Counted from the first letter of the stretch, positions 18,271 through 27,857 are shown. The stretch is 64,000 nucleotides of DNA from an uncultured bacterium (GCA_903831815.1 CAIKZC010000001.1:85037-149036); one strand, 5' to 3'. Notes: generated from the sequence alone by a model not told the origin. Numbers and translations: made by a program.

Positions 18271-20535
18271 TTAGATTTTTTTTGTTTTTAAACGAAGCGA
18301 ATTCCCTACTACCGACACACTTGAAAACGCCATAGCCATGCCCGCAAAAACAGGGCTAAGTAGCAATCCAAAAATCGGATAAAATAATCCGCCAGCTAAA
18401 GGAATGCCAATAATATTGTAGAAGAAAGCCCAAAATAGATTTTGTTTGATACCTCGCATGGTGATCTTGGAAAGATTTATTGCTTTAACTAAGCGAGAAA
18501 TATCTCCATGAAGAAGAGTGATGCCGGCGCTCTCAATAGCCACGTCGGTGCCGGTCGCCATGGCAATACCAACGTCCGCTTGAGCGAGAGCCGGCGCATC
18601 ATTAACCCCATCACCCGCCATGGCCACAATTTTACCCTGTGCTTGCAATTCTTTTATTTTATTTAATTTATCTTCCGGCATAACTTCCGAAACCACTTCA
18701 TCAATGCCGACTTGGTGAGCGATATAATTTGCCGTATTTTTACTATCGCCAGTCAGCATGACAATTTTAATTCCCAATTTGTGAAGTTGCCTGACCGCTT
18801 CGATCGCTTCAGGTTTTACAGCATCAGCCACCATAAATATTCCTAGAACTTTTTGCGCTGTTGCCAAAATAATTGGGGTTTTGCCTTGCAATGTTTCCCC
18901 GTGAATCAATCCAGAATCAAGAGTCAATTTTAAATCTTCAATAAGTTTTGAATTTCCAACAAAATATTCAATACCATCAACAATACCTTTCAAACCTTTG
19001 CCTTTTATGGCCTCAAAATTATTGGTCGATAATAGATCAATATTTTTTTCTTTCGCATAAGAAACAATGGCATGTGCGATCGGATGCTCCGATCTATTTT
19101 CCAATGTTGCTAAAATTGCGATCAATTCATCATCACTAATACCACTAATTTCGCCTTCGCTTTTCTCTCCGGAAAGATTTTTAATTGAAATTAATTCCGG
19201 TTTACCTTTAGTAATCGTGCCGGTTTTATCCATCACCACCACATTTACTTTGTGAAGTTTTTCCAATGTCCCCGCATCCTTCACCAAAATACCTTCACGT
19301 GCACCCTTGCCAACGCCGACAATAATTGCAGTTGGAGTTGCAAGACCGAGTGCACATGGACAAGCGATGACAAGAACCCCCACAAATGAAACCAGGCCGA
19401 AAGAAAGAGCTTGTGAAAAACCAAGATAATGCGAACCGAGCAATATCCACAAACTGAGCGAAACAAAAGCCAAAATAAGGACGATTGGCACAAAAATTCC
19501 GGATATTTTATCAGCCAACGCTTGGATTGGTGCGCGACTACCCTGCGCGTCTTCCACCATTTTGATAATGCGTGCAAGAAGTGTTTCCGAGCCGATGCCG
19601 GTCGCTTTGAACGTAAATGTGCCACTCGTGTTTATCGTACCCGACACCACTTTGTCTCCCGCCTTCTTGCCCACCGGCATCGACTCTCCCGTCACCATCG
19701 ATTCATCTACATAAGAAGTACCTTCAGCGATCACGCCGTCAACCGGAATTTTCCCCGCCGGCTTTACCACGACCATATCTCCATGCACAACTTGGTCGAT
19801 TGGTATTTCAATTTCTTTACCAGAACGCACCACCAATGCCGTTTTAGATTGTAAATTAAGAAGTTTCTCTATAGCGTCTCCGGTTTTCAACTTTGACCGT
19901 GTTTCCAAATATTTTCCGAGAGCAATAAAAGCAATGACCACAATCGTCACATCGTAATATGTCTGACTTACATTAATATAAGCCGCCAATTGTTTCGCAA
20001 ATATCGTAATTGCCAAACTGTAAATAAATGCGGCCAACGTACCAATACCGATTAAAGTGTCCATATTGGCTTTGCCAAATCGCAAAAAGCGATACACGCC
20101 AAGCAAGTAAGGCTTCCCCACCATAAACAGCGCATAAGTCGCCATGATCGGCAAAATAATACTAAAAATAGTTTGGAACGTTTGCGACATTTCCGGAATA
20201 ATTTTCCAACCCACCAAAATATCCCACCCCATGAAAAAAATACTGATGACTGCCAGAGGTATTACAGAAAATATTTTATTCCTCATGCTTCGTAATTCTT
20301 CCAACTTTTCTTTTTTAGTTTGACCAAATTCCAACGAATACCCTAACGGTTCTATTTTTTTAGAAAGTGATTCAGCACTCGTTTTTGTTTTATCAAAAGA
20401 AACCTTGGCCGTTTCGGTGCCATAGTTTACTTGCACAGATTCAACACCAGCAGTTTTTTTGAAAGTTTTTTCAATAATGCTCGCGCATGAAGCACAATGC
20501 ATTCCTTTAATTCTATAAGTTTGCAAAGTATTCAT
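18271..20535 (-). CDS. copA: Copper-translocating P1B-type ATPase
   Basis: N-terminal HMA GMHCASCA; CPC motif IACPCALG; DKTGTIT phosphorylation site; GDGVNDAPAL. Confidence 0.9.
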   Translation of the reverse strand: MNTLQTYRIKGMHCASCASIIEKTFKKTAGVESVQVNYGTETAKVSFDKTKTSAESLSKKIEPLGYSLEFGQTKKEKLEELRSMRNKIFSVIPLAVISIFFMGWDILVGWKIIPEMSQTFQTIFSIILPIMATYALFMVGKPYLLGVYRFLRFGKANMDTLIGIGTLAAFIYSLAITIFAKQLAAYINVSQTYYDVTIVVIAFIALGKYLETRSKLKTGDAIEKLLNLQSKTALVVRSGKEIEIPIDQVVHGDMVVVKPAGKIPVDGVIAEGTSYVDESMVTGESMPVGKKAGDKVVSGTINTSGTFTFKATGIGSETLLARIIKMVEDAQGSRAPIQALADKISGIFVPIVLILAFVSLSLWILLGSHYLGFSQALSFGLVSFVGVLVIACPCALGLATPTAIIVGVGKGAREGILVKDAGTLEKLHKVNVVVMDKTGTITKGKPELISIKNLSGEKSEGEISGISDDELIAILATLENRSEHPIAHAIVSYAKEKNIDLLSTNNFEAIKGKGLKGIVDGIEYFVGNSKLIEDLKLTLDSGLIHGETLQGKTPIILATAQKVLGIFMVADAVKPEAIEAVRQLHKLGIKIVMLTGDSKNTANYIAHQVGIDEVVSEVMPEDKLNKIKELQAQGKIVAMAGDGVNDAPALAQADVGIAMATGTDVAIESAGITLLHGDISRLVKAINLSKITMRGIKQNLFWAFFYNIIGIPLAGGLFYPIFGLLLSPVFAGMAMAFSSVSVVGNSLRLKTKKI

Positions 20536-20538
20536 ATT

Positions 20539-20802
20539 TTATTTTCTTTTCAATTTATACACTTTCAAAACTTCATCGACAGCCTTTACGGTGTCCCCTC
20601 TTTTGATTTGCTCAACGACACAATGCGAAAGATGCCCTTCCATGAGCATATCCTCAACATTGGAAAGCCCTTGTTTAGCCGCCGAACTTTGAGTAATAAC
20701 ATCGATGCAATACGAGCCGTTTTCGATCATCTCCCGCAAACCCCGCACCTGTCCTTCAATAATTTTTAATCTTTGCACTATCTTTTGGTTTTTCATATTC
20801 AT
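20539..20802 (-). CDS. csoR: CsoR/RcnR-family copper-sensing transcriptional repressor
   Basis: 87 aa. ...GQVRGLREMIENGSYCIDVITQ...H...C signature. Overlaps the copA start by 4 nt. Confidence 0.85.
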   Translation of the reverse strand: MNMKNQKIVQRLKIIEGQVRGLREMIENGSYCIDVITQSSAAKQGLSNVEDMLMEGHLSHCVVEQIKRGDTVKAVDEVLKVYKLKRK

Positions 20803-20840
20803 GCACTATAGTGTATACCCCCTAGGGGGTACTGTCAACA
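20803..20840 (-). promoter_or_regulatory. csoR-copA promoter with a CsoR-type operator TACCCCCTAGGGGGTA (20816-20831) in the spacer
   Basis: Minus-strand TTGACA-gtaccccctagggggta-TACACT, then 7 nt to the ATG. The GC-tract palindrome is the canonical CsoR operator type. Confidence 0.65.
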
Positions 20841-20845
20841 GAAAT

Positions 20846-20955
20846 AAAAAAGCAAAAGGCACTTGCAGGGTGCCTTGCGCAGCGCGACTGGCGCGAGCAG
20901 AGCGGACGGCCAGCAGGCCGGAACGCGTGCATCCCCAAAGTGCCTTTTGCTTTTT
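20846..20955 (+). repeat. Element B copy 1: GC-rich about 75-nt conserved core closed by a 17-bp stem
   Basis: Closing stem AAAAAGCAAAAGGCACT...AGTGCCTTTTGCTTTTT. Core ttgcagggtgccttgcgcagcGCGCgactgGCGCgagcagagcggacGGCCagcaGGCCggaacgcgtgcatcc. Confidence 0.65.
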
Positions 20956-20965
20956 TATTCCCTTT

Positions 20966-22237
20966 TTAATACTCCCTCATCGAGATCTGCGCATCCACTT
21001 TTTTAGCAATATCAAGCACCACAGAAACCACGATTAGAAGGGCTGTACCGCCAATAGCGAGGTATGTGAGGCCGGTAACGGCTCGTAGCACAAGAGGCAA
21101 AACAGCGATAAGACCGAGGAAAATAGCGCCAACCATCGTAATACGTGTCAAAACAGTGGAAATATATTCTGCGGTTGGCTGTCCTGGTCGCACGCCCGGA
21201 ATGAAGGCGCCATTTTTCTGCAGGTTAGTTGAGAGCGTATGAGGATCAAAAGTTACGGCCGTGTAAAAATAAGTGAAAGCAAAAACGAGCAAGAAGTAAA
21301 CAGCAGCGTAAAACCATGGATTATTAAACAAAGCGAGTCCCATGCCGGCATATTGCGCAATCAAAGCATTAGAAAAATGAGAAAGCGCAGAGAATATCAT
21401 TTGTGGAAAAAGTAAAAGTGAAAGAGCGAAAATGATCGGAATGACTCCGGCTTGGTTAACGCGAAGTGGTAAGTAAGTTGAAGTACCACCATAAACTTTC
21501 ATGCCTCGCACTCGTTTAGCATACGTAACAGGAATTGGACGTTCTGCTTCGGTAACAATAACCACACCAAGAATTACGAGAACTGCGGCAACTACGAAAG
21601 CAATATAAAGCGGAAGTTGTGAAGGATCGTAAGCAAATAGAAATTGACTGATGGTACTTGGAATGTTAGCGATAATACCGGCGAAAATGATTAGAGACAG
21701 ACCGTTTCCAACACCAAATTCAGTAACTAGTTCACCAATCCACATCAGCAATACTGAACCGGCAATAATGACAACGAGGTTAATTAACATTGATCCGATA
21801 CCAAGAGTAGGTAAAACACCTTGTCGTTCAAGAAGGATCAAGAAACTGAAACCTTGAACTGCGGCGAGCGGCACTGTAAGCAAACGTGAATATTGGCTGA
21901 ACTTCTTGCGACCGGCTTCCCCTTCCTCCTGATACAACGCTTTGAGACGCGGTGAAAGAATAGTCAAAAGTTGCATTATGATAGAACCGGTAATGTAGGG
22001 ACCAACTCCAAGCATCACAATGGAAAGGTGTGACAATCCTCCTCCAGAAAAGACGTTAAAGAGACTTAACAATTGGTTGCTGTTAAGTAAGTTTTGCAAT
22101 TGAATAGTATCAATACCTGGTACCGGCACAGCGGCAAGTACTCGGAAAATCGCGAGGGCAATAACAGTAAAAATGATTCTTCGACGCAACGACGCATCCG
22201 CAAACATCATTTTTATTTTTTGGAAAGCGGTGTTCAT
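20966..22237 (-). CDS. secY: Preprotein translocase subunit SecY
   Basis: 423 aa with 10 TM segments and SecY N-terminal consensus. Confidence 0.9.
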   Translation of the reverse strand: MNTAFQKIKMMFADASLRRRIIFTVIALAIFRVLAAVPVPGIDTIQLQNLLNSNQLLSLFNVFSGGGLSHLSIVMLGVGPYITGSIIMQLLTILSPRLKALYQEEGEAGRKKFSQYSRLLTVPLAAVQGFSFLILLERQGVLPTLGIGSMLINLVVIIAGSVLLMWIGELVTEFGVGNGLSLIIFAGIIANIPSTISQFLFAYDPSQLPLYIAFVVAAVLVILGVVIVTEAERPIPVTYAKRVRGMKVYGGTSTYLPLRVNQAGVIPIIFALSLLLFPQMIFSALSHFSNALIAQYAGMGLALFNNPWFYAAVYFLLVFAFTYFYTAVTFDPHTLSTNLQKNGAFIPGVRPGQPTAEYISTVLTRITMVGAIFLGLIAVLPLVLRAVTGLTYLAIGGTALLIVVSVVLDIAKKVDAQISMREY

Positions 22238-22249
22238 TGTTGTTTTAAA

Positions 22250-22870
22250 TTATTTTGTTGAAGGCTTCTTGGTTTCTTTGGCAACATTAGCGGGGGCTTT
22301 TTCTTTCTTAACATCCTTTTTCACTTCCTTCTTCTCTTTTTTTGCCTCAGATTTTACTTCTGGTTTCTTTTCTGTTTTGACAGATGGAGTTGTGGCGACT
22401 TTCTTGGCTGGATTCACGCTAACTTTAGTCCAAAGTTTAATTGTACCACCAGCTTTTTCGATAGCAGCTTTTGCAGTTTCAGAAACTAAAACGTTTGAAA
22501 ATGTTAATTTTTTAGAAATTTCACCACCGAGAACTTTAATTGGCGCAACGGAAGATTCACGATATCGGATCAAATTAGCGAGTCGGAGTGTTGAAGGATT
22601 GACAGTATCCCCTGCTTTGAAAGCAGCCTCGATAGCAGTCAAATTAACAGCCATTGGTTTCTCCACAATTCCACGGTTGCTGTTTTTGCCACGACCGCGA
22701 AGTTTTGGGATACGCTTGATCATATCTCGAGCTTCCGGACGAATCTTGTGACCTGAACGAGCCTTTTGACCTTTGGTACCACGACCGGAAGTCTTGCCAC
22801 GTGTGCCTCCACGACCGACAGAAATGCTGCGTTTATTTTTGTGTATTCGTCTAAAAAGTATTGTATCCAT
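22250..22870 (-). CDS. rplO: 50S ribosomal protein L15 with a Lys-rich C-terminal extension
   Basis: GRGGTRGKTSGRGTKGQKARSGH... Confidence 0.85.
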   Translation of the reverse strand: MDTILFRRIHKNKRSISVGRGGTRGKTSGRGTKGQKARSGHKIRPEARDMIKRIPKLRGRGKNSNRGIVEKPMAVNLTAIEAAFKAGDTVNPSTLRLANLIRYRESSVAPIKVLGGEISKKLTFSNVLVSETAKAAIEKAGGTIKLWTKVSVNPAKKVATTPSVKTEKKPEVKSEAKKEKKEVKKDVKKEKAPANVAKETKKPSTK

Positions 22871-22876
22871 GATGGT

Positions 22877-23614
22877 TTATTTAGTCTTTGGGGCTACTTT
22901 TACTGGCGCGACTGGAGCAGCTTTCACTTCACTAGCTGGAGTAACTTTTATTTTTGAAGGCTTCAAAGTGGCGAGAGCCATGATTGTGGCGCGAGCAATG
23001 TTAAGTTTGTTCTTGCTTGGAGAAACAATTTTGGCTGAAACATCGGAAATACCGGCAAGTTCAAAAATATCTCGAATCGCAGAACCGGCGATCAAACCTC
23101 TGCCCTCTGCAGGACGGATCACGACACGAGCACTTGAATATTTCAAACCAACTTCGTGAGCAATTGAATTTCCTTTAACCAAATTGACTTTGATAACATT
23201 CTTGCGTGCATTTTTCAAAGCTTTGTCGATAGCAAGTGCGGTATCAAGACCTTTTCCAGTACCAACACCAACTGAACCTTTGTGATTTCCGATAATGATA
23301 GCGACAGAGAAACTGAATCGTCGTCCGCCGGTAACCACACGCACGACACGTCGAATATTTAAAATACGTTGATCGAATTCTGATTTAACTTTTTCTGGAC
23401 GAGGACTTCGGCGACCGGTATTTTTCTTGAATCCGCCTGAGCCACCATCACGTCCGCCACCAAAACCGCTTGGCATACGAGGACTATTTCCCGTACCACG
23501 AGATACTGGAGCAGTCGAAGCTGGAGCTGAAGTTGCAGGAGCAGCAGGAGTTGAAACTGGTGCTACTGGAGCAGCTGGTGCAGGTGTATTTGTTTTTGGT
23601 GTAGTATTTTCCAT
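22877..23614 (-). CDS. rpsE: 30S ribosomal protein S5 with an Ala/Pro-rich N-terminal extension
   Basis: ...RVVRVVTGGRRFSFSVAIIIGNHKGSVGVGTGK... Followed directly by rplO, with no L30 gene between. Confidence 0.85.
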   Translation of the reverse strand: MENTTPKTNTPAPAAPVAPVSTPAAPATSAPASTAPVSRGTGNSPRMPSGFGGGRDGGSGGFKKNTGRRSPRPEKVKSEFDQRILNIRRVVRVVTGGRRFSFSVAIIIGNHKGSVGVGTGKGLDTALAIDKALKNARKNVIKVNLVKGNSIAHEVGLKYSSARVVIRPAEGRGLIAGSAIRDIFELAGISDVSAKIVSPSKNKLNIARATIMALATLKPSKIKVTPASEVKAAPVAPVKVAPKTK

Positions 23615-23620
23615 AATGTA

Positions 23621-23971
23621 TTAAAACTTTAGTCCGCCTTCTCGAGCAGAATCGGCAAATAATTTGATCTTGCCGGTGTACTTGAAACCACCTCGGTCAA
23701 AACAAATTTTGGTAATCTTTTTAGCCACCGCAGCCTTGGCAATCATTTGACCGAGTGATTTTGATTTCTCAGTCATATTTTTTCCTTCAGCTTTCGCAGA
23801 ACTCAAGCCTACAATTGTCTCGCCTGTTGTATCATCAATAATCTGCGCAAACATATGGCGATTTGATTTGTAAATAGAAAGACGAGGCATTTCTTTGGTA
23901 CCAGAAACTCGAGCTCGGATGCGAGCGTGTCGGCGTTGTCTTGAATCTGCTTTGACGTTTAATTTTTTCAT
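23621..23971 (-). CDS. rplR: 50S ribosomal protein L18
   Basis: RLSIYKSNRHMFAQIID...GGFKYTGKIKLFADSAREGGLKF. Confidence 0.85.
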   Translation of the reverse strand: MKKLNVKADSRQRRHARIRARVSGTKEMPRLSIYKSNRHMFAQIIDDTTGETIVGLSSAKAEGKNMTEKSKSLGQMIAKAAVAKKITKICFDRGGFKYTGKIKLFADSAREGGLKF

Positions 23972-23974
23972 ATA

Positions 23975-24508
23975 TTATGCAGTTTTCTTGCCTTCCTTTC
24001 GGCGGATTACTTCTCCTTCATATCGAATTCCCTTGCCTTTGAAAGGTTCCGGCTTTCGGAAGTTTCGAACATAAGCGACGAATTGTCCAACAGCATCTTT
24101 GTCGATACTTGTAGCAACCAAAACTCCTTTTTCAATCACAACTTTAACTTCTGCGGGAATTTTTACGGCGACTGGATGTGAAAAGCCGAGGTTCAAATGT
24201 AATGTGTCCCCTTTTACTTCCCATTTGTATCCAACACCTTCAACCAAAAGTCTTTTGACAAAAGGCGTGTTAACTCCTTCGATCATATTTGAAATGTGAG
24301 AAGTGATTGTGCCCCAAAGTACGGCAGCTTCTGGAGTTTCTGATTTGAGAGTGACTACAACTTGTTTGTCGGCAACTTTTACATCAAGAGAAGGTGCAAT
24401 GGTACGAGTCAAAGTTCCAGCTGGGCCTTTCACAGTCAAAACATTACCGGAAATTGTAACTTCGGTTTTCTCTGGAATTGTAACTGGTTTTTTTCCGATT
24501 CGTGACAT
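23975..24508 (-). CDS. rplF: 50S ribosomal protein L6
   Basis: MSRIGKKPVTIPEKTEVTISGNVLTVKGPAG... Confidence 0.88.
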   Translation of the reverse strand: MSRIGKKPVTIPEKTEVTISGNVLTVKGPAGTLTRTIAPSLDVKVADKQVVVTLKSETPEAAVLWGTITSHISNMIEGVNTPFVKRLLVEGVGYKWEVKGDTLHLNLGFSHPVAVKIPAEVKVVIEKGVLVATSIDKDAVGQFVAYVRNFRKPEPFKGKGIRYEGEVIRRKEGKKTA

Positions 24509-24517
24509 ATATATGAA

Positions 24518-24910
24518 TTACCAAATTTTAAATAGAGCTTCGCCGCCGATCTTGGCTTTGCGAGCTTCTTTGTCGGTCATAATACCTTTTGAAGTTGAAA
24601 GAATGAGTGAACCAAAACCGTTTCGGACAGAAGCAATTTCCGTAGCGCCTTTGTAAATTCTTCGTGAAGATTTTGAAACACGTTGAACGTCGTTGACGCG
24701 AGGCTTGGTACCATCGTAAGCAATTCCGATTTCGAGAGTTGATTCGATCCCCTTCCCTTTAACTTCGACAGAAGAAATGAATTTGTGATTTTTTAAAACT
24801 TCAGCAATAGCGTGCTTAAGTTTTGAGTATGACAAAGAAATGGTTTCTTTGCGGACAGGACCGGCATTCTTGATACGAATTATTAAATCTGAAATTGGGT
24901 CTGTTACCAT
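24518..24910 (-). CDS. rpsH: 30S ribosomal protein S8
   Basis: DPISDLIIRIKNAG... Confidence 0.88.
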   Translation of the reverse strand: MVTDPISDLIIRIKNAGPVRKETISLSYSKLKHAIAEVLKNHKFISSVEVKGKGIESTLEIGIAYDGTKPRVNDVQRVSKSSRRIYKGATEIASVRNGFGSLILSTSKGIMTDKEARKAKIGGEALFKIW

Positions 24911-25089
24911 GATGATTTTGTAATACCTGGAATAATTCCTTCGTTAGCTAATTCTCGGAAACAGATACGGCATAGTCCAAAATCGCGCATGAAACCGTTT
25001 TTACGTGAACAACGGAAACAACGTCGAACGACCCTTGATTTAAATTTAGGGGCTCGAGCGGCTCGTGCTTTAACTGATGTTTTAGCCAT
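24904..25089 (-). CDS. rpsZ: 30S ribosomal protein S14 type Z (zinc-binding)
   Basis: 61 aa with CxxC...CxxC. Confidence 0.85.
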   Translation of the reverse strand: MAKTSVKARAARAPKFKSRVVRRCFRCSRKNGFMRDFGLCRICFRELANEGIIPGITKSSW

Positions 25090-25149
25090 AAAAAAAGCCT
25101 GAAAAAAGCTTGGGTTTCATCCTAACAAGAAGCAGGTTTAAAGTCAACA

Positions 25150-25262
25150 GAAAGCGCTGCCAAGAGCACCCTTTACAGGGTACGCGTAATTTTCTGCTGA
25201 AAATTCGCTCCGACTCGGCGCCAGTCGCGCCTCGTAGCCCCTGTAAAGGGCGCTCTTGTCCG
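25150..25262 (-). repeat. Element B copy 4, inverted orientation and diverged
   Basis: Closing stem GAGCACCCTTTACAGGG...CCCTGTAAAGGGCGCTC. Reverse complement carries GGCGCgactgGCGCC and ATTTTCagcaGAAAAT hairpins with the same loops (gactg, agca) as copies 1-3 but different stems, and ACGCGT is shared. Confidence 0.55.
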
Positions 25263-25297
25263 CTCAATCAATAGACCTTAAAATCCAGGTAAAAGAA

Positions 25298-25335
25298 AAG
25301 CCCGGGCGGTGTGGGACACCGCCCGGGCGACTATT
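25298..25335 (-). terminator. Intrinsic terminator of dapB
   Basis: GCCCGGGCGGTGTgggaCACCGCCCGGGC followed by a T-run on the minus strand. Confidence 0.6.
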
Positions 25336-25361
25336 TCACGACTTCAAACACTGACCGGTAA

Positions 25362-26222
25362 TCAGCCCGCCTTGAGGACATCGAGCATATCGAAGGCTTG
25401 ACCACGGATACCAAGCTCGATCTTCTTGGACAAGAACCTCAATGCTTTTAGCGCACCTGCAACATAAGGAGCGCGCCCATTGATGTTGTGGAACAAGCCA
25501 ACTCTCACACTTCCATCAGGCGCGCAGAGAGTATACTCGTGCCAACCGTGACCGCCAAGATATTCCGGCGGAACGCCCAGCAAATGTTGCTGTACGACTG
25601 GATCACGAATCATCCCGATATCTTCCACTGTGAACGGAGCTCCAAGACGAGCAAAAGAATCCATAAAGGAAATGGCTGTACCACTCGGATCTTTTTTGCC
25701 TTTCTGATGGCTTTCAACCACGGCCGCCTCGAAACCGGCAAAAACGCCGGGAAACATCTTGGCCGCCATCTGAAAAGTCGCGTGAAGTGCCACGACCTCG
25801 GCTGCCATATTAGGAGCAATGACAGCACAGGTCCGCGAACACTCAACTGCCCGTCGCAACTGAATTCGATCTCCTCCAGTCGTCCCCATGATGAATGGGA
25901 TCCAGTTTTCACAGAAGAACTCTACGTTGCCGTTGACCGCGTCTGGCTGGGAAAAATCGGCGACCACAACCGTACTTTTTTGTTCCGTCCGCATATAACT
26001 AATATCGGCTAGTGCAAGTTTCCGGTTTTCGGGGCGCACCAAGGAAATGCCAGACGCCGCGTCTTGATCTTCGGTTATCTCCGGACCAGTGAAGGCGAAA
26101 TTCGCCAATTCAAAATCATCCGGACACCGAAGAATCGCTTCGCGAAGCAAACGAGACATCTTGCCGGGAAAACCGCTGAGGATAACCACCGTCGGCTTCT
26201 TGGTCGTACTCGTACCACTCAT
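25362..26222 (-). CDS. dapB: 4-hydroxy-tetrahydrodipicolinate reductase (start at MSGTST preferred; the ORF extends to 26273)
   Basis: VVILSGFPGKMSR (NAD(P) binding); ESHQKGKKDPSGTA (DapB E-HH-K-D-PSGTA signature); GTTG. GC about 55%, against about 38% for the flanks. Confidence 0.8.
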   Translation of the reverse strand: MSGTSTTKKPTVVILSGFPGKMSRLLREAILRCPDDFELANFAFTGPEITEDQDAASGISLVRPENRKLALADISYMRTEQKSTVVVADFSQPDAVNGNVEFFCENWIPFIMGTTGGDRIQLRRAVECSRTCAVIAPNMAAEVVALHATFQMAAKMFPGVFAGFEAAVVESHQKGKKDPSGTAISFMDSFARLGAPFTVEDIGMIRDPVVQQHLLGVPPEYLGGHGWHEYTLCAPDGSVRVGLFHNINGRAPYVAGALKALRFLSKKIELGIRGQAFDMLDVLKAG

Positions 26223-26372
26223 ATCGCACCTCTTCCTGTAAAAGTTCTGTGAAAGGACATTGAAACTAAACAATTTCTAGCAGAGAAATGCGACGAAGTC
26301 AATACTCGTCGTTTTGTATAAAAAAAGAAAGGACCCTTGCGCTTCGCGCAAGGGTCCATGAAATCTCTGCTA

Positions 26373-27665
26373 TCAAGTCTGCAACATCTCATGGCTAGCT
26401 TCACGAAGCGTTCGCCACAAGTCTTCCGTCGTTTCGGCCCGACGGATCTGTTCGACCATACCATCCTCATGACGCAGAAGCTCCTGCGGAGCGGTGCGTC
26501 CATTGTAATTGGACCTCATCGCAATACTATGTGCTCCGGCTTCATGAACGACGATAATGTCACCAAGCTCGATGAATGGCAGAAGTCGCCGAGTGGCAAA
26601 CCGATCGGTGTTTTCACACGCTGGTCCAACAACATTCACTCGGTACAGCTGACCTCCCTTCACTCTTCCGGATGGATCCAAAACATCAATATGATGATAC
26701 GCACCATAAATGAATGGTCGTGGAATCGAAGCCATCGGACAGGCGTCGACGCCGATATGCGTCTCATAAGTATCCTTGCGATTGATGACCTTGGTCACCA
26801 AGGCGCCGTGAGGACCGGCCATGAATCGCCCGTTCTCCATAAATAAAGACGGGGCCCATCCATGAGCAGTATTGAAATCCATCAGAAGTCGTCTGGTTGC
26901 CGACGTCAATCTCTGGGTATCGAGCGGCTGCTGACTGGGTCTGTAATTCACTCCCCAACCACCACCGACGTTTATGTACCTGCAGCGCTTACCAGTAGCC
27001 TTCTCCAACACTTCGCAACGCTCAAGAAGCATCTTGGTTGTCGCGGCGTGGTATCGCCAGTTGCGCTGATTGGAGCAAATCATCGAGTGGATGCCGGAAG
27101 TTGTGGCACCCGCATTGAACGCTCTCTTGTATGCCGGAACGAATTGCTTGTCAGTCACACCATATTTGGCTTCCTGAGGTTTGCCAATAATGGAGGTACC
27201 TTTTCGTGCCCGACCGGGGTTGAAGCGGAAACAGATGTGGTCGGGGAAATTTTTCCCCATGGACTTACAAATACGCTTTACGGGTTCGACCATGGAAATA
27301 TCATCCAGATTCAGAATGACACCCATGTCGAGTGCTGTCTTAAATTCCTCGGTCGAGGTGTTGTTGGAAGTGAACATAACATCACAACCGGTTGCACCAA
27401 CGGAAGCTGCAAGCTGCAACTCGTGAACAGAACTGCAGTCAAAGCCGAAACCCATACTCCGCATTACTTTCATAATCGAATCGTTGGGCAAAGCCTTGAC
27501 AGCAAAGAATTCCTTGAAGTTAAAGCCCTCAAAGGCTGTATTCAGACAGAGACCGGTTGATTTGATTCCCGCCTCATCATAGATGAAAGCCGGTGAACCA
27601 AACTTGGCGATGATTGTCGGAACATGCGGATAAAGACGACGCTTGAATGACTGCGACAGTGGCAT
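26373..27665 (-). CDS. lysA: Fold-type III PLP-dependent decarboxylase, probable diaminopimelate decarboxylase (ORF extends to 27710)
   Basis: FAVKALPN (PLP-Lys region); ...GPACENTDRF... Flanked by GC-rich terminators (GGACCCTTGCGCttcgCGCAAGGGTCC at 26328-26356). Confidence 0.6.
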   Translation of the reverse strand: MPLSQSFKRRLYPHVPTIIAKFGSPAFIYDEAGIKSTGLCLNTAFEGFNFKEFFAVKALPNDSIMKVMRSMGFGFDCSSVHELQLAASVGATGCDVMFTSNNTSTEEFKTALDMGVILNLDDISMVEPVKRICKSMGKNFPDHICFRFNPGRARKGTSIIGKPQEAKYGVTDKQFVPAYKRAFNAGATTSGIHSMICSNQRNWRYHAATTKMLLERCEVLEKATGKRCRYINVGGGWGVNYRPSQQPLDTQRLTSATRRLLMDFNTAHGWAPSLFMENGRFMAGPHGALVTKVINRKDTYETHIGVDACPMASIPRPFIYGAYHHIDVLDPSGRVKGGQLYRVNVVGPACENTDRFATRRLLPFIELGDIIVVHEAGAHSIAMRSNYNGRTAPQELLRHEDGMVEQIRRAETTEDLWRTLREASHEMLQT

Positions 27666-27857
27666 GAATGCCTCCTTATGATTCTCTGAAAAAGACCTTT
27701 GACAGAACATCTGCCAATTTAATCTGTCCGAATACTACATTTTGAATTAAGGTGTGTCAATAAATAAAAATGCAAAGAAAAACCCGCCGTTTCCTCGGAG
27801 GAAACGGCGGGACTATTCATGAAAGAACCGATCACAAAACGAACGTAGGCCCAGCGA

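Noticed and set aside
20705-21037. ORFs across element B copies (20705-21037 +, 43841-44068 +, 56068-56289 +) encoding ...CAARLARAERTASRPERVHP.
   Set aside because: The same peptide arises from the conserved GC-rich core in every copy. Flanks differ and break the frame context. Interpreted as repeat-induced spurious ORFs.
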